NCBI GenBank assembly: GCA_964057225.1
Contig: CAXKVF010000078.1
Location: forward strand, 62,001-126,000
DNA from: Auanema rhodensis
Lineage: Eukaryota > Animalia > Nematoda
Length of the DNA: 64,000 nucleotides
Direction: 5' to 3'
Of this stretch, positions 13,701 through 26,928 are shown piece by piece (position 1 is the stretch's first letter; every line of letters begins with the position of its first letter). A program made the position numbers and the translations under genes. Below the pieces are notes generated by a model. It did no database searches. It was not told where the DNA came from and saw only the letters and a program-made list of their open reading frames with translations.

Positions 13701-15664
13701 ACTAATATGGACATGGGGAATCTCATTTTGAAAACCGCATCTCTTTATCTTTCACGTGAAGCGAGTTACATACCAAGTGCACATCACGTGTACATTTAAT
13801 TAGCATAAATTAAAGTTCACGTAAATTTCAAAGTCATGGTTACCATGAACTAATATCAATAAAAATTTGTTTTTAGACTAATATGGACATGGAGAATCTA
13901 ATTTTGAAAACCGCATCTCTTTATCTTTCACGTGAAGCGAGTTACATACCAAGTGCACATCACGTGTACATTTAATTAGCATAAATTAAAGTTCACGTAA
14001 ATTTTAAAGTCATGGTTACCATGAACCAATATCAATAAAAATTTGTTTTTAGACTAATATGGACATGGGGAATCTAATTTTGAAAACCGCATCTCTTTAT
14101 CTTTCACGTGAAGCGAGTTACATACCAAGTGCACATCACGTGTACATTTAATTAGCATAAATTAAAGTTCACGTAAATTTCAAAGTCATGGTTACCATGA
14201 ACTAATATCAATAAAAATTTGTTTTTAGACTAATATGGACATGGAGAATCTAATTTTGAAAACCGCATCTCTTTATCTTTCACGTGAAGCGAGTTACATA
14301 CCAAGTGCACATCACGTGTACATTTAATTAGCATAAATTAAAGTTCACGTAAATTTCAAAGTCATGGTTACCATGAACCAATATCAATAAAAATTTGTTT
14401 TTAGACTAATATGGACATGGGGAATCTAATTTTGAAAACCGCATCTCTTTATCTTTCACGTGAAGCGAGTTACATACCAAGTGCACATCACGTGTACATT
14501 TAATTAGCATAAATTAAAGTTCACGTAAATTTCAAAGTCATGGTTACCATGAAGCAATATCAATAAAAATTTGTTTTTAGACTAATATGGACATGGGGAA
14601 TCTAATTTTGAAAACCGCATCTCTTTATCTCTCACGTGAAGCGAGTTACATACCAAGTGCACATCACGTGTACATTTAATTAGCATAAATTAAAGTTCAC
14701 GTAAATTTCAAAGTCATGGTTACCATGAACCAATATCAATAAAAATTTGTTTTTAGACTAATATGGACATGGGGAATCTAATTTTCAAAACCGCATCTCT
14801 TTATCTTTCACGTGAAGCGAGTTACATACCAAGTGCACATCACGTGTACATTTAATTAGCATAAATTAAAGTTCACGTAAATTTCAAAGTCATGGTTACC
14901 ATGAAGCAATATCAATAAAAATTTGTTTTTAGACTAATATGGACATGGGGAATCTAATTTTGAAAACCGCATCTCTTTATCTTTCACGTGAAGCGAGTTA
15001 CATACCAAGTGCACATCACGTGTACATTTAATTAGCATAAATTAAAGTTCACGTAAATTTCAAAGTCATGGTTACCATGAACCAATATCAATAAAAATTT
15101 GTTTTTAGACTAATATGGACATGGGGAATCTAATTTTGAAAACCGCATCTCTTTATCTTTCACGTGAAGCGAGTTACATACCAAGTGCACATCACGTGTA
15201 CATTTAATTAGCATAAATTAAAGTTCACGTAAATTTCAAAGTCATGGTTACCATGAAGCAATATCAATAAAAATTTGTTTTTAGACTAATATGGACATGG
15301 GGAATCTAATTTTGAAAACCGCATCTCTTTATCTTTCACGTGAAGCGAGTTACATACCAAGTGCACATCACGTGTACATTTAATTAGCATAAATTAAAGT
15401 TCACGTAAATTTCAAAGTCATGGTTACCATGAAGCAATATCAATAAAAATTTGTTTTTAGACTAATATGGACATGGGGAATCTAATTTTGAAAACCGCAT
15501 CTCTTTATCTCTCACGTGAAGCGAGTTACATACCAAGTGCACATCACGTGTACATTTAATTAGCATAAATTAAAGTTCACGTAAATTTCAAAGTCATGGT
15601 TACCATGAACCAATATCAATAAAAATTTGTTTTTAGACTAATATGGACATGGGGAATCTAATTT
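10732..15664. repeat. Tandem duplication of a 14-monomer block (2464 bp)
   Basis: Rare markers T172 (10732 and 13196) and C2 (12322 and 14786) are both offset by 2464 = 14x176, and the intervening variant order matches. Confidence 0.9.
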
Positions 15665-18600
15665 TGAAAACCGCATCTCTTTATCTTTCACGTGAAGCGA
15701 GTTACATACCAAGTGCACATCACGTGTACATTTAATTAGCATAAATTAAAGTTCACGTAAATTTTAAAGTCATGGTTACCATGAACCAATATCAATAAAA
15801 ATTTGTTTTTAGACTAATATGGACATGGGGAATCTAATTTTGAAAACCGCATTTCTTTATCTTTCACGTGAAGCGAGTTACATACCAAGTGCACATCACG
15901 TGTACATTTAATTAGCATAAATTAAAGTTCACGTAAATTTCAAAGTCATGGTTACCATGAACCAATATCAATAAAAATTTGTTTTTAGACTAATATGGAC
16001 ATGGGGAATCTAATTTTGAAAACCGCATTTCTTTATCTTTCACGTGAAGCGAGTTACATACCAAGTGCACATCACGTGTACATTTAATTAGCATAAATTA
16101 AAGTTCACGTAAATTTCAAAGTCATGGTTACCATGCACCAATATCAATAAAAATTCGTTTTTAGACTAATATGGACATGGGGAATCTAATTTTGAAAACC
16201 GCATCTCTTTATCTTTCACGTGAAGCGAGTTACATACCAAGTGCACATCACGTGTACATTTAATTAGCATAAATTAAAGTTCACGTAAATTTTAAAGTCA
16301 TGGTTACCATGAACCAATATCAATAAAAATTTGTTTTTAGACTAATATGGACATGGGGAATCTAATTTTGAAAACCGCATTTCTTTATCTTTCACGTGAA
16401 GCGAGTTACATACCAAGTGCACATCACGTGTACATTTAATTAGCATAAATTAAAGTTCACGTAAATTTCAAAGTCATGGTTACCATGAACCAATATCAAT
16501 AAAAATTTGTTTTTAGACTAATATGGACATGGGGAATCTAATTTTGAAAACCGCATCTCTTTATCTTTCACGTGAAGCGAGTTACATACCAAGTGCACAT
16601 CACGTGTACATTTAATTAGCATAAATTAAAGTTCACGTAAATTTCAAAGTCATGGTTACCATGAACCAATATCAATAAAAATTTGTTTTTTGACTAATAT
16701 GGACATGGGGAATCTAAGTTTGAAAACCGCATTTCTTTATCTTTCACGTGAAGCGAGTTACATACCAAGTGCACATCACGTGTACATTTAATTAGCATAA
16801 ATTAAAGTTCACGTAAATTTCAAAGTCATGGTTACCATGCACCAATATCAATAAAAATTTGTTTTTAGACTAATATGGACATGGGGAATCTAATTTTGAA
16901 AACCGCATCTCTTTATCTTTCACGTGAAGCGAGTTACATACCAAGTGCACATCACGTGTACATTTAATTAGCATAAATTAAAGTTCACGTAAATTTTAAA
17001 GTCATGGTTACCATGAACCAATATCAATAAAAATTTGTTTTTAGACTAATATGGACATGGGGAATCTAATTTTGAAAACCGCATCTCTTTATCTTTCACG
17101 TGAAGCGAGTTACATACCAAGTGCACATCACGTGTACATTTAATTAGCATAAATTAAAGTTCACGTAAATTTCAAAGTCATGGTTACCATGAACTAATAT
17201 CAATAAAAATTTGTTTTTAGACTAATATGGACATGGAGAATCTAATTTTAAAAACCGCATCTCTTTATCTTTCACGTGAAGCGAGTTACATACCAAGTGC
17301 ACATCACGTGTACATTTAATTAGCATAAATTAAAGTTCACGTAAATTTCAAAGTCATGGTTACCATGAACCAATATCAATAAAAATTTGTTTTTAGACTA
17401 ATATGGACATGGGGAATCTAATTTTGAAAACCGCATCTCTTTATCTTTCACGTGAAGCGAGTTACATACCAAGTGCACATCACGTGTACATTTAATTAGC
17501 ATAAATTAAAGTTCACGTAAATTTCAAAGTCATGGTTACCATGAACCAATATCAATAAAAATTTGTTTTTAGACTAATATGGACATGGGGAATCTAATTT
17601 TGAAAACCGCATCTCTTTATCTCTCACGTGAAGCGAGTTACATACCAAGTGCACATCACGTGTACATTTAATTAGCATAAATTAAAGTTCACGTAAATTT
17701 CAAAGTCATGGTTACCATGAACCAATATCAATAAAAATTTGTTTTCAGACTAATATGGACATGGGGAATCTAATTTTGAAAACCGCATCTCTTTATCTTT
17801 CACGTGAAGCGAGTTACATACCAAGTGCACATCACGTGTACATTTAATTAGCATAAATTAAAGTTCACGTAAATTTCAAAGTCATGGTTACCATGAAGCA
17901 ATATCAATAAAAATTTGTTTTTAGACTAATATGGACATGGGGAATCTAATTTTGAAAACCGCATCTCTTTATCTCTCACGTGAAGCGAGTTACATACCAA
18001 GTGCACATCACGTGTACATTTAATTAGCATAAATTAAAGTTCACGTAAATTTCAAAGTCATGGTTACCATGAACCAATATCAATAAAAATTTGTTTTTAG
18101 ACTAATATGGACATGGGGAATCTAATTTTGAAAACCGCATCTCTTTATCTTTCACGTGAAGCGAGTTACATACCAAGTGCACATCACGTGTACATTTAAT
18201 TAGCATAAATTAAAGTTCACGTAAATTTCAAAGTCATGGTTACCATGAACCAATATTAATAAAAATTTGTTTTTAGACTAATATGGACATGGGGAATCTA
18301 ATTTTGAAAACCGCATCTCTTTATCTTTCACGTGAAGCGAGTTACATACCAAGTGCACATCACGTGTACATTTAATTAGCATAAATTAAAGTTCACGTAA
18401 ATTTCAAAGTCATGGTTACCATGAACCAATATCAATAAAAATTTGTTTTTAGACTAATATGGACATGGGGAATCTAATTTTGAAAACCGCATCTCTTTAT
18501 CTTCCACGTGAAGCGAGTTACATACCAAGTGCACATCACGTGTACATTTAATTAGCATAAATTAAAGTTCACGTAAATTTCAAAGTCATGGTTACCATGA

Positions 18601-21600
18601 ACCAATATCAATAAAAATTTGTTTTTAGACTAATATGGACATGGGGAATCTAATTTTGAAAACCGCATCTCTTTATCTTTCACGTGAAGCGAGTTACATA
18701 CCAAGTGCACATCACGTGTACATTTAATTAGCATAAATTAAAGTTCACGTAAATTTCAAAGTCATGGTTACCATGAACCAATATCAATAAAAATTTGTTT
18801 TCAGACTAATATGGACATGGGGAATCTAATTTTGAAAACCGCATCTCTTTATCTTTCACGTGAAGCGAGTTACATACCAAGTGCACATCACGTGTACATT
18901 TAATTAGCATAAATTAAAGTTCACGTAAATTTCAAAGTCATGGTTACCATGAAGCAATATCAATAAAAATTTGTTTTTAGACTAATATGGACATGGGGAA
19001 TCTAATTTTGAAAACCGCATCTCTTTATCTCTCACGTGAAGCGAGTTACATACCAAGTGCACATCACGTGTACATTTAATTAGCATAAATTAAAGTTCAC
19101 GTAAATTTCAAAGTCATGGTTACCATGAACCAATATCAATAAAAATTTGTTTTTAGACTAATATGGACATGGGGAATCTAATTTTGAAAACCGCATCTCT
19201 TTATCTTTCACGTGAAGCGAGTTACATACCAAGTGCACATCACGTGTACATTTAATTAGCATAAATTAAAGTTCACGTAAATTTCAAAGTCATGGTTACC
19301 ATGAACCAATATCAATAAAAATTTGTTTTTAGACTAATATGGACATGGGGAATCTAATTTTGAAAACCGCATCTCTTTATCTTTCACGTGAAGCGAGTTA
19401 CATACCAAGTGCACATCACGTGTACATTTAATTAGCATAAATTAAAGTTCACGTAAATTTCAAAGTCATGGTTACCATGAACCAATATCAATAAAAATTT
19501 GTTTTTAGACTAATATGGACATGGGGAATCTAATTTTGAAAACCGCATCTCTTTATCTTTCACGTGAAGCGAGTTACATACCAAGTGCACATCACGTGTA
19601 CATTTAATTAGCATAAATTAAAGTTCACGTAAATTTCAAAGTCATGGTTACCATGAACCAATATCAATAAAAATTTGTTTTTAGACTAATATGGACATGG
19701 GGAATCTAATTTTGAAAACCGCATTTCTTTATCTTTCACGTGAAGCGAGTTACATACCAAGTGCACATCACGTGTACATTTAATTAGCATAAATTAAAGT
19801 TCACGTAAATTTCAAAGTCATGGTTACCATGCACCAATATCAATAAAAATTTGTTTTTAGACTAATATGGACATGGGGAATCTAATTTTGAAAACCGCAT
19901 CTCTTTATCTTTCACGTGAAGCGAGTTACATACCAAGTGCACATCACGTGTACATTTAATTAGCATAAATTAAAGTTCACGTAAATTTCAAAGTCATGGT
20001 TACCATGAACCAATATCAATAAAAATTTGTTTTTAGACTAATATGGACATGGGGAATCTAATTTTGAAAACCGCATCTCTTTATCTTTCACGTGAAGCGA
20101 GTTACATACCAAGTGCACATCACGTGTACATTTAATTAGCATAAATTAAAGTTCACGTAAATTTCAAAGTCATGGTTACCATGAACCAATATCAATAAAA
20201 ATTTGTTTTTAGACTAATATGGACATGGGGAATCTAATTTTGAAAACCGCATTTCTTTATCTTTCACGTGAAGCGAGTTACATACCAAGTGCACATCACG
20301 TGTACATTTAATTAGCATAAATTAAAGTTCACGTAAATTTCAAAGTCATGGTTACCATGCACCAATATCAATAAAAATTTGTTTTTAGACTAATATGGAC
20401 ATGGGGAATCTAATTTTGAAAACCGCATCTCTTTATCTTTCACGTGAAGCGAGTTACATACCAAGTGCACATCACGTGTACATTTAATTAGCATAAATTA
20501 AAGTTCACGTAAATTTTAAAGTCATGGTTACCATGAACCAATATCAATAAAAATTTGTTTTTAGACTAATATGGACATGGGGAATCTAATTTTGAAAACC
20601 GCATCTCTTTATCTTTCACGTGAAGCGAGTTACATACCAAGTGCACATCACGTGTACATTTAATTAGCATAAATTAAAGTTCACGTAAATTTCAAAGTCA
20701 TGGTTACCATGCACCAATATCAATAAAAATTTGTTTTTAGACTAATATGGACATGGGGAATCTAATTTTGAAAACCGCATCTCTTTATCTTTCACGTGAA
20801 GCGAGTTACATACCAAGTGCACATCACGTGTACATTTAATTAGCATAAATTAAAGTTCACGTAAATTTTAAAGTCATGGTTACCATGAACCAATATCAAT
20901 AAAAATTTGTTTTTAGACTAATATGGACATGGGGAATCTAATTTTGAAAACCGCATCTCTTTATCTTTCACGTGAAGCGAGTTACATACCAAGTGCACAT
21001 CACGTGTACATTTAATTAGCATAAATTAAAGTTCACGTAAATTTCAAAGTCATGGTTACCATGAACTAATATCAATAAAAATTTGTTTTTAGACTAATAT
21101 GGACATGGAGAATCTAATTTTGAAAACCGCATCTCTTTATCTTTCACGTGAAGCGAATTACATACCAAGTGCACATCACGTGTACATTTAATTAGCATAA
21201 ATTAAAGTTCACGTAAATTTCAAAGTCATGGTTACCATGAACCAATATCAATAAAAATTTGTTTTTAGACTAATATGGACATGGGGAATCTAATTTTGAA
21301 AACCGCATCTCTTTATCTTTCACGTGAAGCGAGTTACATACCAAGTGCACATCACGTGTACATTTAATTAGCATAAATTAAAGTTCACGTAAATTTTAAA
21401 GTCATGGTTACCATGAACCAATATCAATAAAAATTTGTTTTTAGACTAATATGGACATGGGGAATCTAATTTTGAAAACCGCATCTCTTTATCTTTCACG
21501 TGAAGCGAGTTACATACCAAGTGCACATCACGTGTACATTTAATTAGCATAAATTAAAGTTCACGTAAATTTCAAAGTCATGGTTACCATGAACTAATAT

Positions 21601-22303
21601 CAATAAAAATTTGTTTTTAGACTAATATGGACATGGAGAATCTAATTTTGAAAACCGCATCTCTTTATCTTTCACGTGAAGCGAGTTACATACCAAGTGC
21701 ACATCACGTGTACATTTAATTAGCATAAATTAAAGTTCACGTAAATTTCAAAGTCATGGTTACCATGAACCAATATCAATAAAAATTTGTTTTCAGACTA
21801 ATATGGACATGGGAAATCTAATTTTGAAAACCGCATCTCTTTATCTTTCACGTGAAGCGAGTTACATACCAAGTGCACATCACGTGTACATTTAATTAGC
21901 ATAAATTAAAGTTCACGTAAATTTCAAAGTCATGGTTACCATGAAGCAATATCAATAAAAATTTGTTTTTAGACTAATATGGACATGGGGAATCTAATTT
22001 TGAAAACCGCATCTCTTTATCTCTCACGTGAAGCGAGTTACATACCAAGTGCACATCACGTGTACATTTAATTAGCATAAATTAAAGTTCACGTAAATTT
22101 CAAAGTCATGGTTACCATGAACCAATATCAATAAAAATTTGTTTTTAGACTAATATGGACATGGGGAATCTAATTTTGAAAACCGCATCTCTTTATCTTT
22201 CACGTGAAGCGAGTTACATACCAAGTGCACATCACGTGTACATTTAATTAGCATAAATTAAAGTTCACGTAAATTTCAAAGTCATGGTTACCATGAACCA
22301 ATA

Positions 22304-24278
22304 ATCAATAAAAATTTGTTTTTAGACTAATATGGACATGGGGAATCTAATTTTGAAAACCGCATCTCTTTATCTTTCACGTGAAGCGAGTTACATACCA
22401 AGTGCACATCACGTGTACATTTAATTAGCATAAATTAAAGTTCACGTAAATTTCAAAGTCATGGTTACCATGAACCAATATCAATAAAAATTTGTTTTTA
22501 GACTAATATGGACATGGGGAATCTAATTTTGAAAACCGCATCTCTTTATCTTTCACGTGAAGCGAGTTACATACCAAGTGCACATCACGTGTACATTTAA
22601 TTAGCATAAATTAAAGTTCACGTAAATTTCAAAGTCATGGTTACCATGAACCAATATCAATAAAAATTTGTTTTTAGACTAATATGGACATGGGGAATCT
22701 AATTTTGAAAACCGCATCTCTTTATCTTTCACGTGAAGCGAGTTACATACCAAGTGCACATCACGTGTACATTTAATTAGCATAAATTAAAGTTCACGTA
22801 AATTTCAAAGTCATGGTTACCATGAACCAATATCAATAAAAATTTGTTTTTAGACTAATATGGACATGGGGAATCTAATTTTGAAAACCGCATCTCTTTA
22901 TCTTTCACGTGAAGCGAGTTACATACCAAGTGCACATCACGTGTACATTTAATTAGCATAAATTAAAGTTCACGTAAATTTCAAAGTCATGGTTACCATG
23001 AACCAATATCAATAAAAATTTGTTTTTAGACTAATATGGACATGGGGAATCTAATTTTGAAAACCGCATCTCTTTATCTTTCACGTGAAGCGAGTTACAT
23101 ACCAAGTGCACATCACGTGTACATTTAATTAGCATAAATTAAAGTTCACGTAAATTTCAAAGTCATGGTTACCATGAACCAATATCAATAAAAATTTGTT
23201 TTTAGACTAATATGGACATGGGGAATCTAATTTTGAAAACCGCATCTCTTTATCTTTCACGTGAAGCGAGTTACATACCAAGTGCACATCACGTGTACAT
23301 TTAATTAGCATAAATTAAAGTTCACGTAAATTTCAAAGTCATGGTTACCATGAACCAATATCAATAAAAATTTGTTTTTAGACTAATATGGACATGGGGA
23401 ATCTAATTTTGAAAACCGCATCTCTTTATCTTTCACGTGAAGCGAGTTACATACCAAGTGCACATCACGTGTACATTTAATTAGCATAAATTAAAGTTCA
23501 CGTAAATTTCAAAGTCATGGTTACCATGAACCAATATCAATAAAAATTTGTTTTTAGACTAATATGGACATGGGGAATCTAATTTTGAAAACCGCATCTC
23601 TTTATCTTTCACGTGAAGCGAGTTACATACCAAGTGCACATCACGTGTACATTTAATTAGCATAAATTAAAGTTCACGTAAATTTCAAAGTCATGGTTAC
23701 CATGAACCAATATCAATAAAAATTTGTTTTTAGACTAATATGGACATGGGGAATCTAATTTTGAAAACCGCATCTCTTTATCTTTCACGTGAAGCGAGTT
23801 ACATACCAAGTGCACATCACGTGTACATTTAATTAGCATAAATTAAAGTTCACGTAAATTTCAAAGTCATGGTTACCATGAACCAATATCAATAAAAATT
23901 TGTTTTTAGACTAATATGGACATGGGGAATCTAATTTTGAAAACCGCATCTCTTTATCTTTCACGTGAAGCGAGTTACATACCAAGTGCACATCACGTGT
24001 ACATTTAATTAGCATAAATTAAAGTTCACGTAAATTTCAAAGTCATGGTTACCATGAACCAATATCAATAAAAATTTGTTTTTAGACTAATATGGACATG
24101 GGGAATCTAATTTTGAAAACCGCATCTCTTTATCTTTCACGTGAAGCGAGTTACATACCAAGTGCACATCACGTGTACATTTAATTAGCATAAATTAAAG
24201 TTCACGTAAATTTCAAAGTCATGGTTACCATGAACCAATATCAATAAAAATTTGTTTTTAGACTAATATGGACATGGG
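22304..24278. repeat. Run of ~11 consecutive pure-consensus monomers
   Basis: No variant seen between the 1-nt insertion at ~22303 and A166 at 24279. Confidence 0.8.
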
Positions 24279-26928
24279 AAATCTAATTTTGAAAACCGCA
24301 TCTCTTTATCTTTCACGTGAAGCGAGTTACATACCAAGTGCACATCACGTGTACATTTAATTAGCATAAATTAAAGTTCACGTAAATTTCAAAGTCATGG
24401 TTACCATGAACCAATATCAATAAAAATTTGTTTTTAGACTAATATGGACATGGGGAATCTAATTTTGAAAACCGCATCTCTTTATCTTTCACGTGAAGCG
24501 AGTTACATACCAAGTGCACATCACGTGTACATTTAATTAGCATAAATTAAAGTTCACGTAAATTTCAAAGTCATGGTTACCATGAACCAATATCAATAAA
24601 AATTTGTTTTTAGACTAATATGGACATGGGGAATCTAATTTTGAAAACCGCATCTCTTTATCTTTCACGTGAAGCGAGTTACATACCAAGTGCACATCAC
24701 GTGTACATTTAATTAGCATAAATTAAAGTTCACGTAAATTTCAAAGTCATGGTTACCATGAACCAATATCAATAAAAATTTGTTTTTAGACTAATATGGA
24801 CATGGGAAATCTAATTTTGAAAACCGCATCTCTTTATCTTTCACGTGAAGCGAGTTACATACCAAGTGCACATCACGTGTACATTTAATTAGCATAAATT
24901 AAAGTTCACGTAAATTTCAAAGTCATGGTTACCATGAACCAATATCAATAAAAATTTGTTTTTAGACTAATATGGACATGGGGAATCTAATTTTGAAAAC
25001 CGCATCTCTTTATCTTTCACGTGAAGCGAGTTACATACCAAGTGCACATCACGTGTACATTTAATTAGCATAAATTAAAGTTCACGTAATTTCAAAGTCA
25101 TGGTTACCATGAACCAATATCAATAAAAATTTGTTTTTAGACTAATATGGACATGGGGAATCTAATTTTGAAAACCGCATCTCTTTATCTTTCACGTGAA
25201 GCGAGTTACATACCAAGTGCACATCACGTGTACATTTAATTAACATAAATTAAAGTTCACGTAAATTTCAAAGTCATGGTTACCATGAACCAATATCAAT
25301 AAAAATTTGTTTTTAGACTAATATGGACATGGGGAATCTAATTTTGAAAACCGCATCTCTTTATCTTTCACGTGAAGCGAGTTACATACCAAGTGCACAT
25401 CACGTGTACATTTAATTAGCATAAATTAAAGTTCACGTAAATTTCAAAGTCATGGTTACCATGAAGCAATATCAATAAAAATTTGTTTTTAGACTAATAT
25501 GGACATGGGAAATCTAATTTTGAAAACCGCATCTCTTTATCTTTCACGTGAAGCGAGTTACATACCAAGTGCACATCACGTGTACATTTAATTAGCATAA
25601 ATTAAAGTTCACGTAAATTTCAAAGTCATGGTTACCATGAAGCAATTTCAATAAAAATTTGTTTTTAGACTAATATGGACATGGGGAATCTAATTTTGAA
25701 AACCGCATCTCTTTATCTTTCACGTGAAGCGAGTTACATACCAAGTGCACATCACGTGTACATTTAATTAGCATAAATTAAAGTTCACGTAAATTTCAAA
25801 GTCATGGTTACCATGAACCAATATCAATAAAAATTTGTTTTTAGACTAATATGGACAAGGGGAATCTAATTTTGAAAACCGCATCTCTTTATCTTTCACG
25901 TGAAGCGAGTTACATACCAAGTGCACATCACGTGTACATTTAATTAGCATAAATTAAAGTTCACGTAAATTTCAAAGTCATGGTTACCATGAACCAATAT
26001 CAATAAAAATTTGTTTTTAGACTAATATGGACATGGGGAATCTAATTTTGAAAACCGCATTTCTTTATCTTTCACGTGAAGCGAGTTACATACCAAGTGC
26101 ACATCACGTGTACATTTAATTAGCATAAATTAAAGTTCACGTAAATTTCAAAGTCATGGTTACCATGAACCAATATCAATAAAAATTTGTTTTTAGACTA
26201 ATATGGACAAGGGGAATCTAATTTTGAAAACCGCATCTCTTTATCTTTCACGTGAAGCGAGTTACATACCAAGTGCACATCACGTGTACATTTAATTAGC
26301 ATAAATTAAAGTTCACGTAAATTTCAAAGTCATGGTTACCATGAACCAATATCAATAAAAATTTGTTTTTAGACTAATATGGACAAGGGGAATCTAATTT
26401 TGAAAACCGCATCTCTTTATCTTTCACGTGAAGCGAGTTACATACCAAGTGCACATCACGTGTACATTTAATTAGCATAAATTAAAGTTCACGTAAATTT
26501 CAAAGTCATGGTTACCATGAACCAATATCAATAAAAATTTGTTTTTAGACTAATATGGACATGGGGAATCTAATTTTGAAAACCGCATCTCTTTATCTTT
26601 CACGTGAAGCGAGTTACATACCAAGTGCACATCACGTGTACATTTAATTAGCATAAATTAAAGTTCACGTAAATTTCAAAGTCATGGTTACCATGAACCA
26701 ATATCAATAAAAATTTGTTTTTAGACTAATATGGACATGGGGAATCTAATTTTGAAAACCGCATTTCTTTATCTTTCACGTGAAGCGAGTTACATACCAA
26801 GTGCACATCACGTGTACATTTAATTAGCATAAATTAAAGTTCACGTAAATTTCAAAGTCATGGTTACCATGCACCAATATCAATAAAAATTTGTTTTTAG
26901 ACTAATATGGACATGGGGAATCTAATTT

